NCBI GenBank assembly: GCA_963514005.1 | Contig: OY740790.1 | Location: forward strand, 15,810,001-15,874,000 | DNA from: Raja brachyura | Lineage: Eukaryota | Length of the DNA: 64,000 nucleotides | Direction: 5' to 3' | Shown here: positions 61,945 through 64,000 of the stretch, piece by piece | How positions within the stretch are numbered: position 1 is the stretch's first letter | Layout of the letters: each line of letters opens with the position of its first letter | Notes under the pieces: model-generated | Databases searched by the model: none | The model's input: the letters and a program-made list of their open reading frames with translations, nothing else | Told to the model about the DNA's origin: nothing | Program-made: the position numbers and the translations under genes

Positions 61945-62756
61945 AAAGTTATTTTATTGTCACATGTACCAGTTAAGTGATATGTGAATGACCATACAGC
62001 CATACGAAAAAATAAGCAACAAGACACACAACTGCGTAAAAATTAACATAAACATCCACCACAGCAGATTCCCCTCATTCCTCACTGTGATGGAAGCCAA
62101 AAAAGTCCAATCTTCCTCTTTACTCTCCCGCGGTCGGGGCAGGCGAACCATCATCGCGGTGATCAAAGCTCCTGCAGCCGGCGGTCGAATCCCCCGCATT
62201 GGGGCGATCGAAACACCCGTGTCAGGGCGATCGAAACTCCCATGTCAGGACAATTGAAACTCCCGTGTCGGGACGATCGAAACTCCCGTGTCAGGGCGAT
62301 CGAAACTCCCGCTTCGGGGCAGTCGAAACTCCCGTGGCTTGGAGTTCCCGAAGTTGGTCTGACCAGAGACCGTGGGCTCCGTGATATTAAAGTCCGCCGC
62401 GCCCATGGTTGGTGCTCTGAGGTCGATCCCTGGCAAAGGGGTCGCGAGCTCAACGATGTTAAAGTCCCGTAGGCTCCCTGCAGTGGAGCTCTCGAAATCG
62501 GTCTCCAGCAAAGGCCGCCAACTCCTCGATGTTAGGCCGTAGTGCGGACGGAGATACGATACGGAACAAAATCGCATCTCCATCGAGGTAAGAGATTAGA
62601 ATAATTTTCCCCCAACCTTCCCCCCCCCCCCCCCACCCCCCACATAAAACAAGTTAAAGAACACTAAAAACACCCATTTAACACATACAATTAAAACACA
62701 AAGCAGGAAAGGACAGACAGACTGTTGGCGAGGCAGCCATTGCTGACGCCACCCGG
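61945..62756 (-). mobile_element. GC-rich non-autonomous retroposon (copy D) with an internal ~22-bp tandem repeat
   Basis: Body homologous to copy B. Minus 3' end ...ggtacatgtgacaataaa. About six gggcgatcgaaactcccgtgtc units at 62200-62335. Confidence 0.65.
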
Positions 62757-63835
62757 AAATGTACCCACAATTCGGATTTAGCACTCAATTAAAACTTTTC
62801 AATTTTAAGTACAGTGCCTGGAACATTCCTCTGAGTCCAATAAATGTATTGGGGACAAAAGCTGACATATTTTAGGAATGAGAGCTGTTGGTTTTCTGTT
62901 TACAAATGAGAAGTTGGAACAGTCAACTGAAAGAGATCCAACTCATTGGAATAAAGCACAGAACAATCCAGAGGTCCCATTTACTAATTAAAGGCGAGAC
63001 TAAATTCCTAGCTTTGTGGTCAGAGGGGATCCTGCATATGCAAAAGTCCTGGAACATTACGTAAATAAAACAATTTGTGGCCTAGAAATTCATTAACATA
63101 GCACACCATGTGCTAAAATGACACAGGGAAGTACTTATGCCTTTCTGCCATATGTGTGTGGTTTTCAAGTTCACACCCCAGATAGGAATTTACGTGCTTA
63201 GGATGGGTCAATCATGGTTTTCTCATGAACATGTATTAAGCGCCAGCAATTTTAGGAGCCCTGTACCATTTGCTGAAACCTTTTAGTGCTAATCAATGTA
63301 ATTTGTGAACTCTAAAAGGGTAGGTGGCCACTGAATCAAACAAATAATGGATTTTCTTCTGCCTTTTCTAAGGCAGTCCCTCAGCAATGATGATAACTAG
63401 TTCCCACTCCAGTTCTGTGTGTTCTGAGGTGGCTAATGTAGCCTCACTAAAGACTTTAACACTCTTCTCAAATTTAGCTTCCTGATTGAAGTTTGATTAC
63501 AGGAGCGTTTATATTTATTGTACTGAGCAGGGGAGGCCTCATGCATGAACATGTGTCCCTCTACAACTCCTCTTCTCCATATATAAACTCAGGCAAAAAA
63601 GTTTTAAATATTATCTATTGGTTTTGAGAGACCCGCTTATAGGTGTATTTATTAGCTCATTTTTTTTCATCGGACCTGTGTTTTGATGCTAAAGGCAATT
63701 TGTAAACAAAAATCAGTGGCACCTAGCATAATAATGTTTTTTTATAATGGACTTGGAAGTAGTATGCTAGCCACCTCCTACGAAGGTCCCATTCAGCAGG
63801 ATCTTGGACAATTTGTGGGAGACAAATACTGTAGC

Positions 63836-64000
63836 TTAGTTTAGCGATACAGCTTGGAAACGGGCCCTCCAGCCCACCGAGTCCACGCCAACCAATGATC
63901 ACCCATTCACGCTAGTTCTATCCTACACATAGAGGGACCATTTACATTTTTGACCATTTACAGAAACTAATTAACTTGCAAACTTGCATGTCTTTGGAAT
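63836..64000 (-). mobile_element. V-SINE 3' half running off the window
   Basis: ttagtttagcgatacagc.tggaaac.ggccc...aattaac.tgcaaac..gcatgtctttgga. Confidence 0.78.

Noticed and set aside
62200-62335. CRISPR-like or iteron array
   Set aside because: Contiguous ~22-bp tandem units with no unique spacers, inside retroposon D.

Overview
Vertebrate genomic DNA, almost certainly from a cartilaginous fish (skate/ray-like), judged from HE1-type V-SINEs, abundant CR1/HER1-like LINEs and Penelope-derived repeats. The only host gene is an internal part of hemicentin-1 (HMCN1) on the + strand: six GT-AG exons (172, 107, 121, 264, 145, 122 bp; 931 nt, phase-consistent). From memory they match human exons 5-10, covering the end of the vWA domain, the hemicentin motif and the first Ig domain. 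Everything else is intron, densely filled with mobile DNA: CR1 LINEs (two almost identical young copies), a Rex1/Babar LINE, Penelope-like elements, a DIRS-type tyrosine-recombinase retrotransposon with intact ITR/ICR termini, an IR/DR Tc1 transposon split by a CR1, a Harbinger MITE split by a CR1, a TIR element with a 7-bp TSD, a probable Helitron fragment and V-SINEs. Two signals stand out. (1) About ten Penelope pLTR-derived mini-elements carry a minimal hammerhead-ribozyme core; some have their own 12-15 bp target-site duplications and one is folded back exactly at the ribozyme cleavage site. (2) A set of GC-rich non-coding retroposons shares a conserved G-U-polarised RNA hairpin but carries different LINE-type 3' tails. 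There is a 174-nt assembly gap at 56485-56658. All family assignments come from motif recognition, not database searches.
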